A stretch of DNA of 64,000 bases from Eledone cirrhosa (lineage: Eukaryota): positions 101,866,001 to 101,930,000 of the forward strand of contig OZ024746.1 in assembly GCA_964016885.1 (NCBI GenBank). The letters are read 5' to 3'. This document shows, piece after piece, positions 25,601 to 37,512 of the stretch. The notes beneath the pieces were generated by a model. That model ran no database searches and was not told where the DNA came from. It saw nothing but the letters and a program-made list of their open reading frames with translations. The translations under genes and the position numbers were made by a program. Numbering within the stretch: position 1 is the stretch's first letter; each line of letters begins with the position of its first letter.

Positions 25601-28392
25601 ATGGAGGTATATATATTGGATGACTTAATATGGAGGTATATATATTGGATGACTTAATATGGAGGTATATATATTGGATGACTTAATATGGTTGTATATA
25701 TATTGGATGACTTAATATGGAGGTATATATATTGGATGACTTAATATGGTGGTATATATATTGGATGACTTAATATGGTGGTATATATATTGGATGACTT
25801 AATATGGAAGTATATATATTGGATGACTGTTAATGTGGTTGTATATATATATTGGATGACTTAATATGGAGGTATATATATTGGATGACTTAATATGGAG
25901 GTATATATATTGGATGACTTAATATGGAAGTATATATATTGGATGACTGTTAATGTGGTTGTATATATATATTGGATGACTTAATATGGAGGTATATATA
26001 TTGGATGACTTAATATGGAGGTATATATATTGGATGACTTAATATGGAGGTATATATATTGGATGACTTAATATGGTGGTATATATATTGGATGACTTAA
26101 TATGGTTGTATATATATTGGATGACTTAATATGGAGGTATATATATTGGATGATTTAATATGGAGGTATATATATTGGATGACTGTTAATGTGGTTGTAT
26201 ATATATATTGGATGACTTAATATGGAGGTATATATATTGGATGACTTAATATGGAGGTATATATATTGGATGACTTAATATGGAGGTATATACTGGTGTT
26301 AGGAAGGGCATCAAACCAGTGTATCAATGCCAAAACGCTTATCAGCACAGCAACAAATAGGAACAAATATATTGGATGACTTAATATGGTGGTATATATA
26401 TTGGATGACTTAATATGGTGGTATATATATTGGATGACTTAATATGGTGGTATATATATTGGATGACTTAATATGGAGGTATATATATTGGATGACTTAA
26501 TATGGTGGTATATATATTGGATGACTTAATATGGAGGTATATATATTGGATGACTTAATATGGAGGTATATATATTGGATGACTTAATATGGTTGTATAT
26601 ATATTGGATGACTTAATATGGAGGTATATATATTGGATGACTGTTAATGTGGTTGTATATATATTGGATGACTTAATATGGTGGTATATATATTGGATGA
26701 CTTAATATGGTTGTATATATATTGGATGACTTAATATGGAGGTATATATATTGGATGACTTAATATGGTGGTATATATATTGGATGACTTAATATGGAGG
26801 TATATATATTGGATGACTTAATATGGAGGTATATATATTGGATGACTTAATATGGAGGTATATATATTGGATGACTTAATATGGTTGTATATATATTGGA
26901 TGACTTAATATGGAGGTATATATATTGGATGACTTAATATGGTGGTATATATATTGGATGACTTAATATGGAGGTATATATATTGGATGACTTAATATGG
27001 AGGTATATATATTGGATGACTTAATATGGAGGTATATATATTGGATGACTTAATATGGTTGTATATATATTGGATGACTTAATATGGAGGTATATATATT
27101 GGATGACTTAATATGGTGGTATATATATTGGATGACTTAATATGGTGGTATATATATTGGATGACTTAATATGGAAGTATATATATTGGATGACTGTTAA
27201 TGTGGTTGTATATATATATTGGATGACTTAATATGGAGGTATATATATTGGATGACTTAATATGGAGGTATATATATTGGATGACTTAATATGGAAGTAT
27301 ATATATTGGATGACTGTTAATGTGGTTGTATATATATATTGGATGACTTAATATGGAGGTATATATATTGGATGACTTAATATGGAGGTATATATATTGG
27401 ATGACTTAATATGGAGGTATATATATTGGATGACTTAATATGGTGGTATATATATTGGATGACTTAATATGGTTGTATATATATTGGATGACTTAATATG
27501 GAGGTATATATATTGGATGATTTAATATGGAGGTATATATATTGGATGACTGTTAATGTGGTTGTATATATATATTGGATGACTTAATATGGAGGTATAT
27601 ATATTGGATGACTTAATATGGAGGTATATATATTGGATGACTTAATATGGAGGTATATACTGGTGTTAGGAAGGGCATCAAACCAGTGTATCAATGCCAA
27701 AACGCTTATCAGCACAGCAACAAATAGGAACAACAAATATATTGGATGACTTAATATGGTGGTATATATATTGGATGACTTAATATGGTGGTATATATAT
27801 TGGATGACTTAATATGGTGGTATATATATTGGATGACTTAATATGGTGGTATATATATTGGATGACTTAATATGGAGGTATATATATTGGATGACTTAAT
27901 ATGGTGGTATATATATTGGATGACTTAATATGGAGGTATATATATTGGATGACTTAATATGGAGGTATATATATTGGATGACTTAATATGGTTGTATATA
28001 TATTGGATGACTTAATATGGAGGTATATATATTGGATGACTGTTAATGTGGTTGTATATATATTGGATGACTTAATATGGAAGTATATATATTGGATGAC
28101 TGTTAATGTGGTTGTATATATATTGGATGACTTAATATGGAGGTATATATATTGGATGACTTAATATGGAGGTATATATATTGGATGACTTAATATGGAG
28201 GTATATATATTGGATGACTTAATATGGAGGTATATATATTGGATGACTTAATATGGTGGTATATATATTGGATGACTTAATATGGTGGTATATATATTGG
28301 ATGACTTAATATGGTGGTATATATATTGGATGACTTAATATGGTGGTATATATATTGGATGACTTAATATGGAGGTATATATATTGGATGAC
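22607..28392. repeat. 29-bp minisatellite, ~190 copies, with higher-order structure
   Basis: Unit TAATATGGAGGTATATATATTGGATGACT. A ~74-bp insert occurs at 24608, 26293 and 27660. Confidence 0.98.
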
Positions 28393-28518
28393 AACGATTG
28401 ACATAAAAACAATGAACAATTATAATATAAAACATTTTAAAAAGTTTTTAATTTTCCAAATGAAATGTTGAAAAAAATCAAGATACAAAAAATATGTATT
28501 TAAAAAAGTTAACGTTAC

Positions 28519-28615
28519 CTATAAAATTGATTATCAGGCACTTTATTTTCAATGTTTGCATAATGTTCCTTAATTTTGTTAAAATATTCTTTGGCTTTTA
28601 CACAAATTTCTGGGA
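28519..28615 (-). CDS. TSN: Translin exon 3 (97 nt)
   Basis: TTCAG acceptor and GTAAC donor. Encodes PEICVKAKEYFNKIKEHYANIENKVPDNQFYR. Confidence 0.93.
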
Positions 28616-29408
28616 CTGAAATAGAATCAGTAAAACGGTAAGGCAATGCTAAATTATATCATTTGTGTAATTTTTACTGAACATTGATTCAAAAACTCAG
28701 TTATTAGCTATAATCAACTATCACCTATCATCTATAATCACTTATCACCTTCCCTAAATTTGTGTCTAGGATAGAAAATAATATTATACTAAAATATAAA
28801 CAAAAATAACTGTCAGAGAAACTTTTTCTTTTGTGTTTGAAATATATTTTACCATGCAGGCGAAAGGATTTTTACAAATTTAGAACAATTGTTAAAGCTG
28901 GCTATCTTTCACACTAGTAACTAGTCACAAGTGGAACCGACTGGCAGCTAAATATGCTAAGTCAATTAATATTTACTATAGAAAATTTGAACATACAGTC
29001 CTGAGATCTGTTTTAACCTCTCAACCACTCCAGCTCAATCTTGTAAACCCACATGAAAAAAATAACCAGGAATAAAATAATTACAATAAAAGTAATCAAA
29101 CTTTATTTACACTTATTATAAACTGTATCTAAACATGTTTCTTTTTGGTAGTTTTAGATAATTAAAGACTCTATATAAAAAGTCTTAACCCAATTACACA
29201 ACTACTACATCAGATATTTCCTTTTAGCCTAAGATATCACATCTTCTATCTAGTTCTTTAGTAAGTGTAAACCATTATGGCCATAGTGTAAATATGCTTC
29301 CAAGAGCACAAAGGTTTAGGTATAGTTAGGCCTAAACCTCACTACAGACAAGATATGGGGGTAGAATATGTAAATTAACATATATAAAAGAAATATGTGA
29401 TAACCTAC

Positions 29409-29502
29409 CTCGTTCATGGTTCTCAGCTTGATGAACTGTTTGTAATAATGTCAATAGTTCTCGAGCTGTGTCTTCTAGTTCAGTAACAGCTTCACGGATC
29501 TT
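29409..29502 (-). CDS. TSN: Translin exon 2 (94 nt)
   Basis: CTGCAG acceptor and GTAGG donor. Encodes KIREAVTELEDTARELLTLLQTVHQAENHER. Confidence 0.95.
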
Positions 29503-29744
29503 CTGCAGAAATCAATGATAAACATTTTAATTACAACTTTTTATAATCATTTGATTGAATTCATAATGAAATATTTATATTGCACACTTTTATATCACTT
29601 AGAGAAAGGGGAAGTACCCTTGACGTTTTTCAGAGCCTCTAAACAAGTGAGAGGAAGGGATAGAAAGAAGAAATTATCTTCAATCTATGAATCCTTACAA
29701 CAGACTCAGCTAAATGTATCCAAATACCACATGGTGATATTAAA

Positions 29745-31255
29745 TTAGGTGACAAACATTCTGTTTTTGTTAAGAGAAGCAGAAGATAAAAAGTTTAAGC
29801 ATGTTCTGCAATGCGAGGACCAGAGGTGTGAGGTGTTCAGGATTGTGAGACAATATGTCAAGGAAAATTGTGATGTTGGTGGGGAGAAGTGTGTCAGAGA
29901 TGATAATGGTGTACTTGCCCTCACTGAGGCTGAAAAGAAGGTAACATGGAAGTGTCACTATGAAAGACTACTAAATAAGGAGAATTAATGGGATAAAGAT
30001 AGTTTGCCACAAGTTGACCCAACAGAGGGACAAGCTGTACAAGTCAGCAGTAGTATAGTATGTAAAGCAATCAAAGATAATTAGACAGGAAAGGGAGCTG
30101 GACCTTCGGGGATAGTTGCTAAGATGCTGAAAGCATCTGAGATGTTGGGACACACCATGGTCACCCGTTAGTAAACCAAGTAATACAAAATGGTGTCATA
30201 CCCAATGACTGGTGTAGCAGCATCATTGTCAACTGCTACAAGGGCAAACGAGACGTTTGAGACAGAAAAAACTATAGAGACACTAGGTCATGAAGGTCAC
30301 AGAAAGTTATTGTGCAGCTCATTATGGATCAAATTAAACTTGATGAAATGCAGTTTGGGTTTGTGCCAGGTAAAAGTACCACGGATGCTCTCTTCTTCGT
30401 AAGGCAACTGCAAGAAGTACCTAGCTAAAAGTAAACCCCTCTACTTAGCTTTTCTTGACTTGGAGAAATTCTTCGACAGAATCCCCCATTCCATTATCAG
30501 GAAGCCTCTTAGAAAACTAGATGAGTGGCTTGTGAAAGTTGTACAAGTTATGTATAGAGGAACAGTCAGCAAGGTTAGAATTAACACTGACTATAGTGAA
30601 GAATTTAGCATAAAATTAGGTGTTCGTCAGGGCTCAATTCTTAGCCCTCTCCTGTTTATAACAGCCCTACAGGCTATAACAGAAAAGTTTAAGACTGGCT
30701 GCAAATCTATGGCACAACTAGAGAAGAATTTCCAAACCTGGAAGCATGGCTTAGAATCAAAAGGTCTTAAAGTTAACTTGTCAAAGACTAAAGTTCTAGT
30801 ATGTAGAAAGGAAAATAGGACCCAGATTCCCACTGGAAATGGCCTTGTTCAGTGTTCAGGAAAGGAGTAGGTAAAAATTCCATTCTATGTCCCAAATGCA
30901 AGCTATGGCTACATAAAAGATGTAGTGGGATCACAGGCAGGCTATCAAAGAACGTAGGCTTTATATGTGGCCAATGCTCAGGTGCAGTAAGTAGCAAATG
31001 CCCACAGGATACTTGCTCCTTCAAATGCCCAGACAGTTCTAAAAAAAATAGTCAACACTGTTACCTGGGTGATGAAATCAGCAGTGGAGGATGTTCTAAA
31101 AGTACAGTAGCCAGAGTAAGAATGGGATGGAAGAAGTTCAAAGAGCTACTATCGCTGTTAGCTACAAAAGGTTTTTCTCTTAAAATGAAGGGCAAATTGT
31201 ACGATGCATGTATATGAACAGCAAAATTAAATGGTAGTGAGACCTGGGCACTTCC
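29745..31255 (+). mobile_element. RTE LINE fragment, decayed
   Basis: Same family as 19450-22606 (HYERLLN, DEMQFGF, QGSILSP, Cys-rich region). Confidence 0.92.
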
Positions 31256-31381
31256 ACAAGTTATTGACGCACTAGAGTTAGACATATTGTCTTTAATGCG
31301 TTGAAATGTCCATGATCTCCAGCAGACAGCTGAAGGGATTGTCCCCCCCGCTTGTGCTTTCCTTTTATTTTTATATATATA

Positions 31382-31515
31382 GGCAAGTGGCTGATTGGTT
31401 AGAGAACTGGATTCGTAATCATGAGGTTGTCAGTTCAATTCCTGGACCGGTTGATGCGTTATGTCCTTGAGAAAGACACTTTATTTCACGTTGCTCCTTC
31501 TACCTGGAGTTGCAA
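31382..31515 (+). mobile_element. tRNA-derived CORE-like SINE
   Basis: A box TGGCTGATTGG, B box AGTTCAATTCC, CORE-like TGTCCTTGAGAAAGACACTT. Confidence 0.7.
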
Positions 31516-31835
31516 CCGATAGATAGTATTAGCAATAATACCAATGCAATAATAACACTGAACATAATTCTGTGGTGACAGAATTGTGTTCTCAAAGTCA
31601 GACTGTACTTCAAACCTGTTGGATAGAATTGTGTACCCACGTTTAGCTGAAGCATACTATATAGGAGAAAAAACATGTGATTGTGATATGATTGACTGTT
31701 GGTAAACAATTGAACAATTACACACAGCACTTGTAAGATAACACTCAATACGAATTCAATACATAACATATATGTGTGTGTGTCGTGTTTTTGTGTGTAG
31801 GACAGAACAAAGGAAAGACACAAAATAAGAAATCA

Positions 31836-31882
31836 GTCACTGAGGAAGTCACAGAATGTGTGTGTGACGAAAGAGCTTTGAC
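31836..31882 (+). ncRNA. Minimal type I hammerhead ribozyme (antisense to TSN)
   Basis: GUCA-CUGAGGA-A-GUCACA..UGUGAC-GAA AGAGCU U-UGAC. Stems I and II pair perfectly. Confidence 0.7.
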
Positions 31883-32069
31883 AATATGTAAACAACTATC
31901 CAGTTATTAAACCAACCAACTGGAAATTTATAATAAATTAAATGAAACCCAACAGGTGCGTGTGTTTTTATTGTCAGCATGACCCTCCCAAAATATAACA
32001 ATATCTGTTTCAACATACGTTTTCAGATAAAAAAAAATCTTGCAAAACAAATTCAAAAACGAAGACTAC

Positions 32070-32630
32070 AAGTCCAGCAGTCGCAAGTGTGGGAGGGATC
32101 ATCCTGATGAAGCCAAGTTAAGTTCGAAATGCATCGACGTCCCCCTTGCTTCTGCTGGACACCACCAGAGTGTGTTAGCCCCGGTGATTTGCATAGCTGT
32201 GGCTTTCTAAATGTTTACCTGTAAACATACCGTGTTTCTTTAGAAATACGAAATTTCTATATATAACTGTATACAACTATGCCTGAAGCTAAATCCTAAT
32301 TCTATTCTATTATAGTTGAGCCAACTTAAGCAGCTTCATATGCAAATGAGATTAATCACCTCATTTATACAGATGAGAAAATTATATATTCTCGCCTGTT
32401 TTCAAGTCCTGCAGTTGTAAGAGTGGGAGGGCTCATCCTGATGAGACCAGTTAAGTTCGAAATGCATTGACAATTGTCCCCCTTGCTTCTGTTGTACACC
32501 ACCAGAGGGCGTTAGCCCCGGCTTTCTAAATGTTTATCTGTAAACATACAGTATTTCTTTAGAAATACAAAATTCTAATACATATCTGTATACAGCTATA
32601 CATGAAGCTAAATCCTAATTCGATCTATAT
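32070..32630 (+). mobile_element. Tandem ~334-bp HHR-containing repeat (1.7 copies), retrozyme-like or Penelope pLTR-like
   Basis: CTGATGA...TTCGAAATGCAT at 32104 and 32438. In copy 1 the motif is enclosed by GTCCAGCAG/CTGCTGGAC and GCAAG/CTTGC stems. Confidence 0.75.
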
Positions 32631-32709
32631 ATATTACCTTCAATATCTAAAAGCATTTTTTCCAATTCCACCCCGCCAGTCCCCTCTATCTATCTTATTT
32701 CTCATTCTT

Positions 32710-32745
32710 TCTTCTGATGAAGGACTAGCGTCCGAAACGTTAAGA
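32710..32745 (+). ncRNA. Minimal type I hammerhead ribozyme (antisense to TSN)
   Basis: UCUU-CUGAUGA-A-GGAC UAGC GUCC-GAA ACGU U-AAGA. Stems I and II are perfect and stem III is the palindrome ACGU. Confidence 0.8.
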
Positions 32746-32826
32746 CCCTCTTCGTGCTATATCAAGCGTTAACCTAATATATCCCTTCCATATACTGTAT
32801 CGATTGTGTTATTTCTGTTTACCTTT

Positions 32827-32864
<38 letters not shown>

Positions 32865-33029
32865 CATTTTCTTTTCATGTATAAATAACATTACAAATTG
32901 TTTATAATTCTTTCAGAATGAAAATATAAAGACATATAATAAATACAATTTATTATTGCTAGGAAGCTCATAAATTTAAACATATCTAAATATATGATCA
33001 AAGTGAGAGAAAGAAAAAAAAAACAACCG

Positions 33030-33199
33030 TCAATTCACCAACTGAGGTTAACTTTGCCTTTCATCCTTACCGTGTCAATAAAATATAGTACCAGTAATGC
33101 ACTGGCCACATACAACAGACAAGCAGGTAATACGTATATCTAGGACCACATACAACACACAAGCAGGTAATACACACATCTAGGACCACATACAACAGG
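33030..33199 (+). repeat. SINE fragment followed by a 40-bp tandem repeat (~2.4 copies)
   Basis: ACTTTGCCTTTCATCCTT..AGTACCAGTAATGCACTGG, then the CCACATACAACA..AAGCAGGTAATAC period. Confidence 0.75.
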
Positions 33200-33588
33200 A
33201 GGAGGCGAAAGGGGTGGAGAAACGAACAGCTGCCAGAGCAAAAGGTAATATAGCGAGGAGCACTGGGAAACCTCTCTAATAATTTTTGAACCCAGCCAAC
33301 ACACTCGCAGCGAAACCTCGGGTGATGGCAAGGCTGAGGTGTTAAAACAACCAAGCGCCTTCACGAACACCACCAGTTACCTCTGTTAGGAAAGCCTCCG
33401 GTGAAGATAAGAACCTCACAGTCAGAGGCCCGACTCCCTCAAACGTCTCCAACCACAGACGCTGGAAAAGCTAGTTAACAGATATCGGTATTTCAGAAAG
33501 TGATAAGGTTTATATAAATAAATATATCTCACAAATGTACACTAATATATGCGTTAGTGAAAAAAATTAATTTCATTCGTTAATTTAC

Positions 33589-33666
33589 CTCGCGAATCTC
33601 ACGTTCAGAATCCAAATATTTTTGGAAAGATGAAAACATAATCGTCAAATCATATTGTTGAGACAT
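33589..33666 (-). CDS. TSN: Translin exon 1 (78 coding nt)
   Basis: CAAAATG start, MSQQYDLTIMFSSFQKYLDSEREIRE, GTAAA donor. The six exons join to a stop-free 228-aa ORF. Confidence 0.93.
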
Positions 33667-34144
33667 TTTGAAGACTGAGAAGTACAGAGGTAAAACCTTT
33701 AGTTTCGTATCCTACAGTATTTCACTATAACAATTGAATTGCTGATAGTTGCAGTGTTGTTATTATAATAACATAGTATTTGGTGGAGTATTAATAAATT
33801 GATGGCATTTTAGAATCACAGGTTGATTTTAGATTACATATTGAAATTAACTTTCAGAATTGATATTTTTATTCTAGTTTCTGTAGATTCGTATTTTCTT
33901 ATTCCAGCACCTGCTGGCATTCTACGTTGGGAAGATTTTGTTATATATCGGCAATGTTTTAGGGGAGGGGGGGGGGGGTAGTAAATTTATAGAAAAGGGC
34001 CCAGTGAGAAATTGTTTTTGTTTTTTAGGGTTTTTTTTTTTGTTCGTGTTTTCAACGAACTTGACCTCCGACTCACAAACGACTCATTTTTTGCGAAAAC
34101 GGAGAGGACCCTCGGAGTTAAAGACCTCGCTGTCATTCGGTTCT

Positions 34145-35050
34145 TGGTAATTTACTATTTTACGTTCACAAACTCAAATAAACATTATCGCTAGTTATGC
34201 CTGGAGGTCGAAAGTGAAACTGTTAAGCGGTGAACCACAAGTAAAATTACTGACTAGCTGTTAGGGTTATGTTATTTATTGAAAAAGAGAGAAAAATTAT
34301 TAGATACGAAAAGAGACAGAATTAAAAGTGATATTTTCGATGAAAAAATTTTGTTTCATCCATTTCCACCGTCATTGGTTCTCCATCCTCATTAATCCCA
34401 CCTATTTATTGGGGGTTTTGCTCAAACCACATCTCACATGCCTCGCGACAAAAATTACACCAATCTACTGCAATACCATATTTTGCCATCAGATATATCA
34501 CCTCTATTAATTAGGAAGCATTCAACATTACAGGAGTCACAAATCAAAGTATTGCGTAAAAGCCGTCTACCTGCACACCACTGTATACAGCTCCAAGTAC
34601 AGTTACATCTCTTGCAAGTTTGGTTATATTCGGTGGATTGGCAGTATCGGTAGAGGGTCGGACGCTATGCTTTCCAGCATAGTTACGTCCCTTTACGATC
34701 TGAGTTCAAATCCCGCCGAGGTTGACTTTGCCTTTCATCCTTACGGGGTCGATGAAATAAAGTACCAGTAACGCACTGGGTAATTGCTGACCTTGTGCCT
34801 AAAGTAGAAACAATTATATTTCTCAGCCAAAATTTGAGTGCTATTCATTACTTCATCTGGTGGAACAATATATTTTGGCGCAGTAACAGGTCGACCTCCA
34901 GGCATAATTTTCTCTGTCAGAAGTGAAAGTAATTTTCAAAAGTGAAACTTTTAAGCTTAATTCACCGCTTAACAGTTTCACTTTCGACCTCCACACAGAA
35001 CTAGCGATAATGTTTATTTGAGTTTGTGAACGTAAAATAGTAAATTACCA
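34145..35050. mobile_element. ~900-bp element bounded by 90-bp inverted repeats (MITE or inverted Penelope pLTR)
   Basis: 34145-34234 is the reverse complement of 34961-35050 with about 4 mismatches. Confidence 0.7.
34631..34813 (+). mobile_element. tRNA-derived SINE nested in the inverted-repeat element
   Basis: Near-identical to 2445-2628. Candidate target-site duplication TTATATT. Confidence 0.88.
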
Positions 35051-35384
35051 TATATATATATATATATATATAGGAAAATGTTTAACCCGACGGCAGATAT
35101 ATATATATATACATATATATATATGATGATTTCTAAAGAATGAAACAGTTCTAGTCCTGTAGAATCTCATCTATATTAAAACTATATATATATATATATA
35201 TGAAATATATATATATTATGAAATGCTGTTCGCTTTTCGCTGCAGTGTTTTCTATACCTTTCATTTATATATATATGTATACGTACATACATATATGTAT
35301 ACAGACGTACAGTAGTATGTATATATATATACATACATGCACACATATATATATGTACGTATGGATTCACCGAACATTTATTAT

Positions 35385-37512
35385 AAGATTGTCAAAGATA
35401 GAACGACTGTGACTATTATATCAGCTTATGCACTATATTCAGGACTACCAGATGGACTACAAGATGACTTTTATGAATCCCTAATACAGACTACTTCTCT
35501 AGTGGGTAACAAGAAACTATTAATCATAGCAGGAGATGTTAATGGACATGTTGGACAACACAATGATGGCTTCTATGGGATACATAGTGGGTATGGGTTT
35601 GGTGCTAGAAATAAAGAAGGATTCAGACTCCTGGAATTCTATGACGCGAATGAACTATATGTAACATTAACTTCAAACAACTTGACAACCACTTGATTAC
35701 CTATAGATCAGGTGTGCACACCAATCAAATAGATTTCATCCTCACCAGAAAGCAAAATAGGATGATGGTTGTAAACACTAAGTCCCTTCTGGGTAAGGAA
35801 TGCGCCTCCTAGCATAACCTTGTAGTTAGTGACTTATTAATTAGAGCTAGATTTACTCGGAGATGGAGGGCAACCTAGAGAAGGATTTGGAAGTTGAAAG
35901 AGCCCTCAGCCAGCAACAAATTTAGGAATATCTTAATGCTTTTGAAAATAAGAAAGAAGAGATAGAGACATACAACATTGAGGAGCAGTAGGAGTTCCTG
36001 AGAGATAATCTACTGAAGGCCACAAATGAGGTATGTGGCTGGAGCAGGGGTCCAGCAAGTAGGAGAATGATTTGGTGGTGGAATAGTAGTGCAGATGAAA
36101 CAATTAAGGCCAAGAGACAGGCATAGAAGAAATAACAAAATGGGGGTAGTAGAGAGCTTTACCAAGTGGCAAGGAGAGAGGCTATAAAACAAGTATACTT
36201 TGCAAGGAGGGAAGCAGAAAGTAGAAAATGTATGCATGTTATGCAGTGTGATGTGCGAGGTGTTTAGGATTGCAAGGCAGTGTGCCAGGGAAAATAATGA
36301 TGTGAGAGAGAAGTGGGTTTGTGATGACAATGATACACATGCCCTCATCGAAACCAAAAAGAAGGCAGTACAGAAGTGACATTATGAGAGACTGATGAAT
36401 GAGGAAAATGTGTGGGAAGAAGATAGTCTGCTCCGGGTGGACCCTACAGAAGGACCAGATGTACAGGTCAGCAGCAGCATAGTAAGGCAATAAAAGACAT
36501 CGGGAATAGTTGCTGGGATGCTAAAAGTATCTAGGATGGCAGGACACACCGATATTGTAAACCAATTTATACAAAATGGTACTGTACCCAATAACTGGTG
36601 TAGCAGCATCATTATCTACTGCTACATGGGCAAAGATGATGCACAAACGGGGAACTATTGTGGCATCAAACTGATGGACCAGATCATGAAAGTTACAGAA
36701 AGTGTCATTGTACAACTGACTAGGGATCGAATTAACTTAGATGAGATGCAGTTTGGATGTGTGCCAGGTAAAAGTACCATGGATGCCCTCTTCTTTGTGA
36801 GGCAACTGCAGAAGTACCTAGCTAAAAGCAAACCTCTCTTCTTAGCATTTGTCGACCTAGAGAAAGATTTTGACAGGGTCCCCTATTCTGTAATCTGGTA
36901 GGCACTTAGGAAACTAGGAGTAGAAAAGTAGCTAGTGAGGGCAGTACAAGCCATATATAGAGGTGGTGCCAGTAAAGTTAAAGTTAATAATGACTATAGT
37001 GAGGAGTTTAGTGTGCAAGTTGGGGTCCACCAAGGTTTCGTCCTTAGCCCTCTCCTGTTTATTATCGTCCTCCAGGCTATAACAGATGAATTTAAAACAG
37101 GATTCCCATAAGAACTCATGTATGCTGATGATCTAACTCTCATAGAACTAAAGAAAAAATTCCTGACCTGGAATCAAAAGGTCTTAAAGTCAACTTGGCA
37201 AAGACCAAAGTTCTGTGGTTAGGAAAATAAAGCCACTGATCCCTTCTGGGAAATGGCTCTGCTTAGTGTGTAGGAAAGGAGTGGGTAGAAATTCCATCCT
37301 CTATCTCAAATGCAAGCTATGGGTACACAAGAGATGTAGTGGGTCTCAGGTAGGTTAGCTAAGAATGTAGGTTTTACTTGTTGCGTTGGTAGGGACATGT
37401 TATGTGTATGAAAGATGACAGCTGCATAAAAAGGTGCAGAACACTAAAAGTCGATGGAAGCCTTGGAGCGGAGAGACCCAAGAAGACCTGGGATGAGGTG
37501 ATAAAAGCTGAC
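35385..37512 (+). mobile_element. RTE LINE, long decayed fragment
   Basis: APE (SAYA, AGDVNGHVG) through RT (DLEKDFD, YADD) with many stops. Confidence 0.92.

Noticed and set aside
22607-28392. CRISPR-like appearance of the 29-bp and 30-bp arrays
   Set aside because: No unique spacers (the insert is the same each time), no cas genes, and a eukaryotic intron context.
33904-33916. CCAGCAGGTGCTG upstream of TSN as a CTCF site
   Set aside because: It lacks the GGCG part of the core, so the match is weak.
35124-35165. TGATGA..GAATGAAACAGTTCTAG, also at ~7380-7415, and GACGAAAC on minus at ~42475
   Set aside because: Probable decayed HHR remnants lacking a full core or stem I, so not called as ribozymes.
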